64,000 bases of DNA. Source: Macrostomum lignano. Taxonomy: Eukaryota. Position numbers and translations under genes: made by a program. The stretch lies in assembly GCA_002269645.1 (NCBI GenBank), contig NIVC01000871.1:48513-112512 (forward strand). The letters are read 5' to 3'. Shown here piece after piece: positions 46,660 to 59,509 of the stretch; position 1 is the stretch's first letter; each line of letters opens with the position of its first letter. The notes below the pieces were generated by a model, which saw only the letters and a program-made list of their open reading frames with translations, made no database searches and was not told where the DNA came from.

Positions 46660-47660
46660 TTGGGATGGGAAACTTCTGGGGATGGGAAACTTCTGGGGTG
46701 GGAAACTTCTGGGGATGGGAAACTTCTGGGGTGGGAAACTTCTGGGGTGGGAAACTTCTGGGATGGGAAATTTCTGGGGTGGGAAAATTCTGGGATGGAA
46801 AATTTCTGGGACGGGAAACTTCTGGGATGGGAAACTTCTGGGATAGGAAATTTCTGGGATGGGAAATTTCTGGGATGGGAAACTTCTGGGATGGGAAATT
46901 TCTGGGATGGGAAACTTCTGGGATGGGAAATTTCTGGGATGGGAAACTTCTGGGATGGGAAATTTTTGGGATGGGAAACTTCTGGGATGGGAAATTTCTG
47001 GGATGGGAAACTTTTGGGTTGGGAAACTTCTAGGATAGGGAATTTCTGGGATGGGAAACTTCTAGGATGGGAAACTTCTAGGATGGGAAACTTCTAGGAT
47101 GGGAAACTTCTAGGATGGGAAACTTCTAGGATAGGAAATTTCTGGGATGGGAAACTTCTAGGATAGGAAATTTCTGGGACGGTAAACTTCTGGGACGGGA
47201 AACTTCTAGGATGGGAAACTTCTAGGATGGGAAACTTCTAGGATGGGAAACTTCTAGGATGGGAAACTTCTAGGATGGGAAACTTCTAGGATAGGAAATT
47301 TCTGGGATGGGAAACTTCTAGGATAGGAAATTTCTGGGACGGTAAACTTCTGGGACGGGAAACTTCTAGGATGGGAAACTTCTAGGATGGGAAACTTCTA
47401 GGATGGGAAACTTCTAGGATGGGAAACTTCTAGGATGGGAAACTTCTGGGACGGGAAACTTCTAGGATGGGAAACTTCTAGGTTGGGAAACTTCTAGGAT
47501 GGAAAACTTCTAGGATAGGAAATTTCTGGGATGGGAAACTTCTAGGATGGGAAACTTCTAGGATGGGAAACTTCTAGGATGGGAAACTTCTAGGATGGGA
47601 AACTTCTAGGATGGAAAACTTCTAGGATAGGAAATTTCTGGGATGGGAAACTTCTAACGA
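46660..47660. repeat. Minisatellite, 16-bp unit GGGAAACTTCT(A/G)GGAT
   Basis: ~60 copies. Confidence 0.95.
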
Positions 47661-48639
47661 TGGAAGTTAAACATAGAAAATAGTACAGGTCACGAAACCC
47701 TTTTGCCGTCAAAAGTTATAAGTTCTATTGTTCGAATTTTTATGTGTAAACAATTATTTCTTGCTTTGACGCTATTCAGTGCTTTGACGTCACTTTGTGC
47801 ACTAAATTTTGGGCGAGACTCGTTTAAATTATAGCTTAGTTTACACAGGTATATATGCACTGCTTCGTTGTTATCTATAAACCTACCTGACATGGAGACA
47901 AAAAACTGCCACATACAAAGAAAGAAAGCTGGTACATTTTAAACAATATAATCTGTATAATTTATGCAAAGCGAGATATTTGTTTTGTTGAAGGCTGGAA
48001 AAGACTGAGTGAGACTTAAGGAAAGGGCTTTTTGTAATTAATGCAGGGTGGTTACAGCTAGCTATATATAGTTGTTGTTTTCGTAGGGTCAATGTGTCTT
48101 TTTTATTTCGCTGTGTATTAAATAGAAGCAGCTGATCGACAAAATGACGTTGTATAGAGATGGGTGCGCCAGAGATTACGTGCGTGACTCTAATACTGCT
48201 AAAAGTTTCAGCAATGGTGCGAACGATGTAGATCTTAAAGAAATTTTCTAAAGCAACCAAAAGAAGAAACTGTAATTTGCTTCTTCCGAGCAGTAAATTT
48301 GTTATAGGTTGGCTCTTGATCGGTAACAGAGTAACACTATAGTGTGTGACAGTCTGAAAACTATATTGTCTAACTGGGGCATTACATGGTAAACACTTCC
48401 AATTGTCTTGATTAGAATGCACAGCTAGCGGATCGATCTAGCGGTTGCGAGATCTGTACTACATTTAATAAGTAACTATAGCGAACGCTACGAACGTAAT
48501 CGTACCTAAAAAGTTAAACAATCGACCCTTTTTAACGGTCGAAACCCTACCTAACAGATTACACAAATACGTCTGGTTGTATGTATGTAGTATATTGCCT
48601 GTATGTACCGCTAAAAAGACTGCCGTATAGAAGTAAGTG

Positions 48640-48860
48640 CAAAACATTTAGCGGTTGTGAAGTTTCGCGGTTATGAAGCAATTCGCGGTTGTGAAAGTAG
48701 AGATGACATTTAGCGGTTGTGAAGTTTCGCGTTTATGAAATTTAGCGCTTATGAAAGTAGGTGATTTAGCGGTTGTGAAGTTTCGCGCTTGTGAAGTTTC
48801 GCGTTTATGAGAGTGACTTCAAAAAATTGGCGGTTATGAAATTTCGCATTTGTGAAACCA
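48640..48860. repeat. Degenerate ~15-bp array (GCGGTT(G/A)TGAAGTTTC)
   Basis: Direct reading. Confidence 0.7.
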
Positions 48861-50963
48861 ACCCAGCTTCTCTTAACGATTACAATACATTGCATTAAAT
48901 TTATGTTGATCAATAGCCCACATTATAAGTTTTATTTATTTATTAATTTTAATTGACATTATAAAAAAACTCTTTTTTACTCAACAATCATAATAGTTAA
49001 ATTACATATTTGTTTTAGCTTGTAAAATATTTACTGTATTTTCTAAATTTTTTAATTATAGAAAATAAGAATTGAAATTTTATAAAGCATCAAAGTTGCA
49101 TGTCGTTTTTGCTTGCTTTATTTTATTTGTTCTATAAATTTAGACATGTTGGGTAAAAGAAAAATGCGTATTTCTATTTCTAGCCTACTGTCATTTCTAA
49201 AAAATAATTATTTCTAGTTGAAACATCTGGCTTTTGGCTTCTATTGAGTATTGACCATAGTAGAGTGCTTTCTAAGTTTCTATGCTTGAAATTGAATGGT
49301 AGGCCTACCATGCGCAACCCCCTTAATTATACTGGCCGTGTGTCTTACTTTTTGACCTAAAAGGCGACTTACCTGTAAATAAAAGAAGTCTTGTTTCAGA
49401 CAACTGGGAATGTATATTTTAATATTTTACATAAGGCTATAGCCATAGGCTATATCGCCTATATGACTTAATAGGATTTAAAGAGTTATTTTGTTTCATA
49501 TTTTAAGGCAGTGCATGTAAAATAGCTTAAGCATAAAAATGCCTTATTATCTAACTATGTCTGCATTTTTTGGGTAGTCATTTTTGTGATTTATCCCTGA
49601 TCTATTCACAATTACTGGTGGCTAGATTGGCTAGGTTGACTAATAGTTGCACATATATGCTATGCATGTTATATTAGTCTATCTTTGTAGTACAAATAAT
49701 TTATAAATCAATTTATAATATTAGACTATCTTTGTAGTACAAATAATTTATAAATCAATTTATAAAGTAAGTTTGCCATTGTCTATTGTCTAGTTTAGTT
49801 AAGATATGAGGGCTTTCTAAAATTTATAGTATTTTTGTTAGAATTATATTCAATTTTAGATTTTGTACTCCATAAGTTACATAGTCCCCTTTATTGCCAA
49901 TAGCCATTATAAAATACTATTTCATAGTCATTTCTTACTTATTTGATTAGTAGATAACAAAGTAAGCAATACTAGGTAGTTAATGACAAAGTGGTAAATA
50001 ATAAAATGTCTAGGAACCTAATAAAGATACTACAATTGATTAGCTTGATCTGATCTTAGAAAGATTATATACATATTTAATTGGCTCTAGTTGCAACTTA
50101 TTTTTTGTTTTCTTTTTCTTTTTTCTTATGTTTTCCCTTTATTTCTTTTCTTTCTTGCTTTGATCATTCAACCTCCTTGTTGCCTAAGTAGAAAAAACAT
50201 AAATATAGAAAATATGACAATGAATATAAGGTGCAACTTTGCAAGAGTTATCTATTAAATACAAAAGATTTGTCTTTTTATGCTTGTTTTGTCTGAATAT
50301 ATTCCAAGAAAATTCCATTGAGAAAAATAGTTTTATACAAGCTATTATATTGCACTTTCTTTTATTCCCATAATTTTCTATAGCTATAGCTAGTAGTTAT
50401 AATAAATAAATAAAGAAAGCACAATCCTAACTTAGCTTCTAGGGGTTGCAGGTTGCAGCAAGACAACTTTTACAATATATGTGCATTCACCATGGCCAGA
50501 CAAAGACCAATATATTAATTGTAGACTGCAGATGTTCCCCTTTTATCCCATTGGTAAAAGTCTAGTCAATAATATAATTTTAGAGTTCCTAGTCAGTTTG
50601 CCAGCCATGTATAGCCAGTTGGAATATGTTATGTATCTACTTCTAGGAAGTAGGTCTGGCCCTCTATGTGACTAGTCATACATGTGCAACCTCCAAAATT
50701 CAGTCAGCCATGCAACTTAGTTTTAACAAAAATGCGACGTAGTTTTTGGGCAAAAATGCAACTTACATTTAAAAAAACCCTAAAGCAAAATTAACGCCTC
50801 TTCTTTAGCACAGAACACGCTACTTAAGTCCTCTGATTCCGCCTGGGTTGCCAGGCTAGCCATGACAGGAAATAGGCATTACTATGTTAGTTGGTGTTCT
50901 TATAGTAAATTTTGGTTATAGGTCGTTCATGTGAGCGCTCACTGCTGCAGACATGCAAGGGGC

Positions 50964-51120
50964 TGTGTGAACCCTGGTGCACTTTAAGCGACATTGTCAC
51001 ACAACTGGCTAGAGGCATTACTGCCCAGTCCACTAACTTCTCTGAGCAGGCACTCAAGCGCGCAGATATCTACTCTTGTTTTGGCATGTACTTTGCCTTG
51101 GGGGTTGGCCATTCTTTGGC
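50964..51120 (-). mobile_element. Truncated inverted copy of the SINE 3' region
   Basis: 50964-51075 is the reverse complement of ~51535-51646 (roughly 80% by eye); 51085-51120 resembles 51435-51470. Confidence 0.6.
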
Positions 51121-51136
51121 CCAAAGACACTTGTCA

Positions 51137-51292
51137 GAGAGGCTGGTGATTGGTGATGATAGTGAATCTTCTAGCCGTAGATATGGCTGCAGTACTTCTT
51201 GATGCCAAAGATGATTGGCAATGATCTCAAATCTTCTCAGTTCTTTTTGAAAGATTGAAAATGATGGCCAGTGCTTCATTTTTATCTGATTA
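51137..51292 (-). mobile_element. Degenerate Gypsy RNase H relic
   Basis: Frameshifted minus translation EALAIIF...IIFGIKKYCSHIYG/RRFTIITNHQPL matches the RNase H E.LAIIFG.KKF..Y.YGR.F...TDH.PL pattern. Confidence 0.55.
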
Positions 51293-51313
51293 ACACTCTT
51301 ATTTAGAAGGCTG

Positions 51314-51646
51314 TAGCCTAGTGCAGCGCTTGTATGTTCCAGCGGCTCAAGCTCGATTCCAAGTGCAGTCACATTAGTCCAGAGCTAAATGGGAATCTCA
51401 GTTTGGGTCTGCTGGTGGAATTAACACCCCTGAGGGCCAACCACCAAAGCACAGTGAAGTGTGACATGCCTAATGGTAAATAGTTAGGACTGCTATACAC
51501 TCCTGTGTGAGTGTGTGCCCTGAGTGTATGACTGCGTAGGTATCCGCGCGCTTGTGTGCCTGTTCAGGGGAGTCGGCGGAATGGGCAGCAATGCCACTCG
51601 CCGGTTGTGAGACAATGTCGCATAAAGTGCGCCAGGGTGCACACAT
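51314..51646 (+). mobile_element. tRNA-like SINE family copy B
   Basis: A-box-like TAGCCTAGTGC (51314-51324) and B-box-like AGCTCGATTCC (51350-51360); homologous to 14310-14472. Confidence 0.6.
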
Positions 51647-51939
51647 CTGTTACCGTTTGTAGTTTTCATAGAAATTATCAATAGGGTTAGTCAGATTTGA
51701 AGTATAAAAATCCAACTGTAAATCATTCTGAATTATATGCACTTGTAATGTGCTTTACGAAATTATGTCTACCGTTGAAAGAGAGTGTTTTTTTCTGATT
51801 GGCCCTACAGGCATCATCCAATGGTAATTCCTCAGTGTTGAAAACACCCCCATATAATATATAGTAAAAATGCAGCAAAATAGGGATTTCTACAATCCAC
51901 TCTTGTTTCCTTTCAGATTATTAGTTAAAAAAAGACAGA

Positions 51940-52979
51940 ATGAAGTGTCACAAGCTAATCAGTTCTCTACTCTGTTTAGCCCTGCTGTTGTCCAACTGCT
52001 CCTGTCAGACCCACCTGACTAGGAGCGTCTCCGGCAGCGGCATCAGCGTTGTTGGCGGCGCCGGCTCCAGCAACCCGGCAGATCTCATGGCTCCAACATA
52101 TCACAGGCGTCAGGACGAGTACAGCCTGGCTGTCAACTGCACCCCGGGCCTGTCGAAGTCCGCTGCAGCAGCTTACAGTGTTGAACAGCCGCCACCGGCG
52201 ATCACCATTGCTGCCACAGCGGCCGGAGCCACCACGGCAACCAGTTCCCCAGCTAGACTGAACTGGCTAGTGCGGCCGGCCGACATCTACGAGCTGTCAA
52301 TCATTCACAAGCCAATCATAGCTTTCAATATCAATCCGAATTGTCAGCTGGCCTATCCGGCCGCCTCGACGCCTTCGAATCTGTTCGACTTGATTGAATC
52401 TGGCAATTTTGTGGCCCTAGTTAGCGCTCGAGTGTGCACCCTGCTGCAGCTGGTGCAAGCTGTACGCCAGCTGTCTCCGTTTGCTAAGCTCTTTCTACTC
52501 CGGGATATTGCCGAACGGGCTCCGCTGCCTCAGCTGTTTAATCCGGCTGATGAGGCTAGCTTGCAGCATCCGCTAGGTCTGTACGTGCTGGCCTACACCG
52601 GACAAGCCGGTTCGCCCAGTCGCTTAGCCGAGGACCTGTTGAACCGGAGCTGCAGTGTCAGTATTAATTATCGCCTGTCTATGCTGGATAATCTCATTAA
52701 TAAAACCTCCGTACTGTTTGTGTCCGTGTCCTTCATACTGCTCATGATAATTAGCCTATCCTGGTTGGTGTTCTATTATGTGCAGAGATTCCGCTATTTG
52801 CACGCTAAGGAGCGTCTATCGGTAATGCTATTTTTGCTGCTGTTTTACTATTACTTTCGATACATATCGGACTATGCTAACATAATTTTTTGTCTGTTAT
52901 AATTCAGCGTCGACTTGGTAATGCAGCTAAAAAGGCTTTGACAATGATTCCCGTGAGGATTCTTAAACCTGGAGACAAG
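51940..52979 (+). CDS. Goliath-family ligase exons 1-2 (luminal domain, TM)
   Basis: 882-bp and 72-bp exons, phase 0. Confidence 0.92.
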
Positions 52980-55900
52980 GTAAATTTGTGGTTTGATTTT
53001 TTAGATGAGGCTAATGAAATACAATATATTAGATTTCAGGAGACTAATACTAGAGATTTTCTTAGATTAGCAGTTGAGATATTTGAGGCTGATTGAGATT
53101 CTATGAGACTATCAGTAAGAGTTTATTTTTAAAAGACCATGGGCGAGAATTTATGACCCTATGGATGAGAGTTTATGACCCTATGGGTGAGAGTTTATGA
53201 CCCTATGGGTGAGAGTTTATGACCCTATGGGTGAGAGTTTATGACCCTATGGATGAGAGTTTATGACCCTATGGGTGAGAGTTTATGACCCTATGGATGA
53301 GAGTTTATGACCCTATGGGTGAGAGTTTATGACCCTATGGATGAGAATTTATGACCCTATGGATGAGAATTTATGACCCTATGGATGAGAGTTTATGACC
53401 CTATGGGTGAGAGTTTATGACCCTATGGGTGAGAGTTTATGACCCTATGGATGAAAGTTTATGACCCTATGGGTGAGAGTTTATGACCCTATGGATGAGA
53501 GTTTATGACCCTATGGGTGAGAATTTATGACCCTATGGGTGAGAGTTTATGACCCTATGGGTGAGAGTTTATGACCCTATGGATGAGAGTTTATGACCCT
53601 ATGGATGAAAGTTTATGACCCTATGGGCTATGGGTGAGAGTTTATGACCCTATGGATGAGAGTTTATGACCCTATGGGTGAGAGTTTATGACCCTATGGG
53701 TGAGAGTTTATGACCCTATGGATGAAAGTTTATGACCCTATGGGCTATGGGTGAGAGTTTATGACCCTATGGATGAGAATTTATGACCCTATGGGTGAGA
53801 GTTTATGACCCTATGGGTGAGAGTTTATGACCCTATGGGCTATGGGTGAGAGTTTATGACCCTATGGGTGAGTTTATGGCCCTATGGGTGAGAAACTATG
53901 ATCCTACAGGTGATGGGTGGAAATTTGAAAGCAAGATTTCTTATGGGAAAATTTTCCTGAAAAGCAGCGAAAGAGAGTGCTTTTTGAATGTTGACGTGTT
54001 GAGTGCGGGTGAATGTTGACGACAGCACCAAAAAAACTGTCTCGATTCGTGCAGGTGACAATAATTAATTACTAGGAATGAGATTTTTTCTGCAGTGGCT
54101 CACGTGTTCTAAGCAGATATTTGTCAGAGAAAATTGCCTCTTTTTATTATTGCGGGTCTTCGCGTGCTCCACCCGGCAGGTGGGTCTGGAAAATGCGAGT
54201 TTGATAGGCCCTGTGCGTCAGTCTGCCTGGTTGCTTATTGCTCACGTGCTTCATCTCTTTGATGAGGCATCCTCTCTTCTTTGATGAGGCATTTGTGAAA
54301 CTGGCGTTGCTCGCCTCACTGCTTTGTTAGCATATGTTTATTAGCGAATAATTGCACTTGATTTATAATTATGGCTAATAGTGACTAATTAAGTATAAAA
54401 ATCCTCGCCTTTTTCTAGCTACTAAAATGTATATTGCTAGTTACTAGAATACAGATTGCTAGCTACTAGAATTCAGATTACTAGTTACTCGTACTAGAAT
54501 ACAGATTGCTAGTTACTAGAATTTAGATTACTAGTTACTAGAATACAGATTGCTAGTTACTAGAATACAGATTACTAGCTACTAGAATTCAGATTACTAG
54601 CTACTAGAATTCAGATTACTAGTTACTAGAATACAGATTGCTAGTTACTAGAATTCAGATTACTAGTTACTAGAATACAGATTGCTAGTTACTAGAATTC
54701 AGATTGCTAGTTACTAGAATTCAGATTGCTAGCTACTAGAATTCAGATTACTAGCTACTAGAATACAGATTACTAGCTACTAGAATTCAGATTGCTAGTT
54801 ACTAGAATTCAGATTACTAGCTACTAGAATTCAGATTGCTAGTTACTAGAATTCAGATTACTAGTTACTAGAATACAGATTGCTAGTTACTAGAATTCAG
54901 ATTGCTAGCTACTAGAATACAGATTGCTAGTTACTAGAATTCAGATTACTAGTTACTAGAATACAGATTGCTAGTTACTAGAATTCAGATCGCTAGTTAC
55001 TAGAATACAGATTACTAGCTACTAGAATACAGATTGCTAGTTACTAGAATTCAGATTACTAGTTACTAGAATACAGATTGCTAGTTACTAGAATTCAGAT
55101 TGCTAGTTACTAGAATACAGATTACTAGCTACTAGAATTCAGATTGCTAGTTACTAGAATTCAGATTACTAGTTACTAGAATACAGATTGCTAGTTACTA
55201 GAATTCAGATTGCTAGTTACTAGAATTCAGATTGCTAGTTACTAGAATTCAGATTACTAGCTACTAGAATACAGATTACTAGTTACTAGAATTCAGATTG
55301 CTAGTTACTAGAATTCAGATTACTAGTTACTAGAATACAGATTGCTAGTTACTAGAATTCAGATTACTAGTTACTAGAATACAGATTACTAGTTACTAGA
55401 ATTCAGATTACTAGCTACTAGAATACAGATTGCTAGTTACTAGAATTCAGATTACTAGTTACTAGAATTCAGATTACCAGTTACTAGAATGCAGATTACT
55501 AGTTACTAGAATTACTAGAATTACTAGAGTTACTAGTTACTAGAATTCAGATTGCTAGCTACTAGAATTCAGATGCTAGTTACTAGAATGTAGATGACTA
55601 GTCCATTGCTATACTAATAGCTTAATAAATAGAGAATGCAGACACTTCAAAAAAATTTGTAGAAAAATTTTCATTGTATACTAGGGGGCCCTAGTTGTAT
55701 GATCGAAATTTAGTAACAAAACAAACGAACAAACGAACGAAACAAAATTTAGTATGCGATGCATATGAATAATAACATGACTAATTCTACCATCAAACAA
55801 AGATCTCAGACTAGCTAACTTTAACCAAACAGTTAAAGCGTATTGATTGGGGAGCTGTGGGAATATGTAGGAATCCTCTCTTATAGTTCCACAATGGAAG

Positions 55901-58900
55901 CTGAGCTATAGGTTAGTTGAGTAGCTGCTCACGTGTGTCTGTCATGGTCTGACTTATTGACAGCTAAATGCAAACTGTGTTTTTTATATAAAATGGATAG
56001 CGTGGGCGTTCTCGCCAGATGGAAGCTGTTTTTTGCTAGATAATAATAAAATAATAGTCATAGCACTTGGCTATTTATTGGATAATTGGTTTTTATACGA
56101 TTTATACTGATTTTTTATGTCTGTTATTCATGTATCGATCGATTTTGTCCATCAAACACCCTTGATCCAGGATTTCGTCTGGATTGGAGACCAATGCGCT
56201 GTCTGCATTGAGCCGTATCGTGTGTCCGATGCTGTCCGAATTCTGCCCTGCAAGTGAGTAGGCAGGAGAGGGGGGTAGGAGGAGGAAGGGAGGGTAAGAG
56301 GGTGAAGAGGGGGTAAGAGAGTGAAGGGAGTGTAAGAGGGTGAAGGGAGGGTAAGAGAGTGAACGGAGGGTAAGAGGGTGAACGGAGGGTAAGAGAGTGA
56401 AGGGAGGGTAAGAGGGTGAAGAGGGGGTAAGAGAGTGAAGGGAGTGTAAGAGGGTGAAGGGAGGGTAAGAGAGTGAACGGAGGGTAAGAGAGTGAACGGA
56501 GGGTAAGAGAGTGAACGGAGGGTAAGAGGGTGAAAGGAGGGTAAGAGAGTGAAGGGAGTGTAAGAGGGTGAAGGGAGGGTAAGAGAGTGAACGGAGGGTA
56601 AGAGAGTGAACGGAGGGTAAGAGGGTGAAAGGAGGGTAAGAGAGTGAAGGGAGTGTAAGAGGGTGAAGGGAGGGTAAGAGAGTGAACGGAGGGTAAGAGA
56701 GTGAACGGAGGGTAAGAGGGTGAAAGGAGGGTAAGAGAGTGAAGGGAGTGTAAGAGGGTGAAGGGAGGGTAAGAGAGTGAACGGAGGGTAAGAGAGTGAA
56801 CGGAGGGTAAGAGAGTGAAAGGAGGGTAAGAGAGTGAAGGGAGGGTAAGAGAGTGAACGGAGGGTAAGAGGGTGAAGGGAGGGTGAGAGGGTGAAGGAAG
56901 GGTAAGAGGATGAAAGGAGGTTAAGAGGGTAAAAGGAAGGTAAGAGGGTAAAAGGGGGGGTAAGAGGGTAAAAGGAGGGTAAGAGAGTGAAGGGGATAAG
57001 AGGGTGAAGGGAGGGTAGGAGAATGATAGGAGGGTGAGAGGGTAAGAGGGTGAAGGGCGGGGAGAGGGTGCAGTGGTGTTAATAATCTGTGGGCTCAAGT
57101 TACAATAGCATTATAATTCGCAGATAAGTAAAAAATGGAAAAATTTGCACAGCTTATTCAAGGCCATACAGCCGCTTGCAATCATATTTTCAGCCATTTT
57201 TCCCTATTCCCTAGGGAAATGCAATCTTTCAGGCAGGCTTTCACTGGAAAAGTGGGAAGAAATTCCACTAAGTACCGTATTTTTTGTACCCTTCCAGAGG
57301 AATTTATGTAGATAGGGTGGTGCAGTGGGCTGTGCTTAACTCCTAATCCAGGCCAATATGTCCGCTACTAACCATTTGCCCTTTGTACTTTTGCCCAAGC
57401 AGATTGGGGAACTATGCATTATTTATTGCCTCCTGCTGCTTTTAGCGAGAAACTATATAGCATATTCTTTGCGATTTGCTGGTCTTCTTCCATTGTGAAT
57501 TCCAACTGGTAGATAGTTAATTCCAACTGGCAGATTGTAAATTCCAACTGGTGGATTGTAAATTTTAACTGGTAGATTGTAATTCCAACTGGTAAATTGT
57601 AAATTTTAACTGGTAGATTGTAAATTCCAACTGGCAGATTGTAAATTCCAACCGTCAGATCGTAAATTCCAACTGGTAGATTGTAAATTCCAACTGATAG
57701 ATTGTAAATTCCAACTGGTAGATTGTGAATTCCAACTGATAGATTGTAAATTCCAACTGGTAGATTGTGAATTCCAACTGATAGATTGTGAATTCCAACT
57801 GGTAGATTGTAAATTCCAACTGGTAGATTGTGAATTCCAACTGATAGATTGTAAATTCCAACTGGTAGATTGTGAATTCCAACTGGTAGATTGTGAATTC
57901 CAACTGATAGATTGTAAATTCCAACTGGTAGATTGTAAATTCCAACTGATAGATTGTGAATTCCAACTGATAGATTGTAAATTCCAACTGGTAGATTGTG
58001 AATTCCAACTGATAGATTGTAAATTCCAACTGGTAGATTGTGAATTCCAACTGATAGATTGTAAATTCCAACTGGTAGATTGTAAATTCCAACTGATAGA
58101 TTGTGAATTCCAACTGATAGATTGTAAATTCCAACTGGTAGATTGTGAATTCCAACTGATAGATTGTAAATTCCAACTGGTAGATTGTAAATTCCAACTG
58201 GTAGTTTACAAGTACCAACCAGCAGGTTGTAAAGTAGACTCAGTAGATTGTGAGGTAAACTCGGTAGATTGTGACGTAAACTCGGTAGATTGTGAGGTAG
58301 ACTCAGTAGATTGTTAATTCGATCAATTAGAATGTATCACTCTGTTGCCCCGCCTCCCCAGGCACTTCTACCACCGTTCTTGCATCGACCCTTGGCTGCT
58401 GGACCAGCGCAACTGCCCCTGTGCAAGCTGGACATTCTCAAAGCTGTCGGCCTCGCCTTGCGCGACCGCCGTCAGCGACGTCGCCGCGGCTCCTCGGATC
58501 TGGAAGGTCGAATCCCATCGACTGCCGCCGGCGGTGCCGCCGTCGCTGGTGCTGCCGCCCCTTATGTCGACAGCATGGGTGGCGTGGCTTCTGTCGAGGT
58601 TTGTCTGCCTACCCAACTGTTATTAACTTTCCAAATTACTCAGGCCTTGAGCTACTCAAACTCGAATCTACCTTAAGCACGATAGTTTTAAGTGATAGTT
58701 TTAATAGTTTTAACTTTTAAGTGAAAAACTTACACACCTCAATCTTCATGCCTACCGATATGTAGCGTAAATACCTTTTGCACACTGGAATCTTCATGCC
58801 TACCGATATGTAGCGTAAATACCCTTTACATACTGGAATCTTCATGCCTCCCGATATGTAGCGTAAATACCTTTTGCAACTGGAATCTTCATGCCTACCG

Positions 58901-59479
58901 ATATGTAGCGTAAATACCTTTTGCACACTGGAGTCTTCATGCCTACCGATATGTAGCGTAAATACCTTTTACACACTGGAATATTCATGCCTACCGATAT
59001 GTAGCGTAAATACCTTTTACACACTGGAATATTCATGCCTACCGATATGTAGCGTAAACAGCTTTACACACTAGAATCATCGTCTCTACGTAACATGCTA
59101 AAATTTCTTTCTAATTAAAACTACTGGTGACCTGCTTCGTAGCTAAAAAAAATTGTCAGGCATAAAAAAATTCATATCCTTGCTACAAAACTTGGATTTA
59201 CTATATTTTTGAATTTGCACAATGTCGCATCCGCAGGACGGAGTCGATGACTATTACTCCTTAGCGGACAGCCTTGGCGGCATCAGCAGCAGCGGCGGTG
59301 GCGGCATCATCGGCTGCCTCGGCGGCGGCGCCAGATCCTCCGTCAATGCTGCCTCCTCTCTGTCCGATCCCGGCTCGCCCACTGTTGCCGCTGCTCCGGC
59401 TGCCCGGGCGTTCGCTGACGTGGAACCGCCCTCCGCCAGCGCTAACGGCAATCCGATTGATAATGGCGTTGTTTTGCTG
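51940..59479 (+). CDS. Goliath/GRAIL-family (RNF130/149/150-like) signal peptide-TM-RING-H2 E3 ubiquitin ligase; 3' end unresolved
   Basis: Exons 51940-52821, 52908-52979, 56171-56253, 58362-58598, 59237-59479. Signal peptide [18 protein letters not shown]; [32 protein letters not shown]; [11 protein letters not shown]; [44 protein letters not shown] with a 1-bp frameshift at 58416-58419. Confidence 0.92.
53137..53890. repeat. Minisatellite, 22-bp unit TTTATGACCCTATGGGTGAGAG
   Basis: ~33 copies. Confidence 0.95.
54436..55600. repeat. Minisatellite, 22-bp unit CTAGTTACTAGAAT(A/T)CAGATT(G/A)
   Basis: ~50 copies. Confidence 0.95.
56171..56253 (+). CDS. Goliath-family ligase exon 3 (RING N-half)
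   Basis: atccag|GATTTC; [21 protein letters not shown]; AA|gtgagt. Confidence 0.92.
56270..57060. repeat. Purine-rich minisatellite, 20-bp unit GAGGGTAAGAGAGTGAA(CG/GG)G
   Basis: Direct reading. Confidence 0.92.
57495..58310. repeat. Minisatellite, 21-bp unit GATTGT(A/G)AATTCCAACTG(G/A)TA
   Basis: 7-aa periodicity (YQLEFTI on -). Confidence 0.95.
58362..58598 (+). CDS. Goliath-family ligase exon 4 (RING C-half, frameshifted as sequenced)
   Basis: ccccag|GCAC; [13 protein letters not shown]; GAG|gtttgt. Confidence 0.85.
58730..59075. repeat. Minisatellite, ~48-bp unit ATGCCTACCGATATGTAGCGTAAATACCTTTTGCACACTGGAATCTTC
   Basis: ~7 copies. Confidence 0.9.
59237..59479 (+). CDS. Goliath-family ligase exon 5 (Gly/Ser-rich tail)
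   Basis: ccgcag|GACGGA...CTG|gtgagg, phase 0. Confidence 0.7.
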
Positions 59480-59509
59480 GTGAGGCCCCATTGCCTTCAG
59501 ATGGCGCGT

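Noticed and set aside
46660-47660. GGGAAATTTC / TGGGAA as NF-kB or CSL site arrays
   Set aside because: Imperfect consensus matches, multiplied trivially by tandem amplification
47883-48422. 179-aa minus-strand ORF in AT-rich DNA
   Set aside because: No recognisable motif, no splice context; composition consistent with chance
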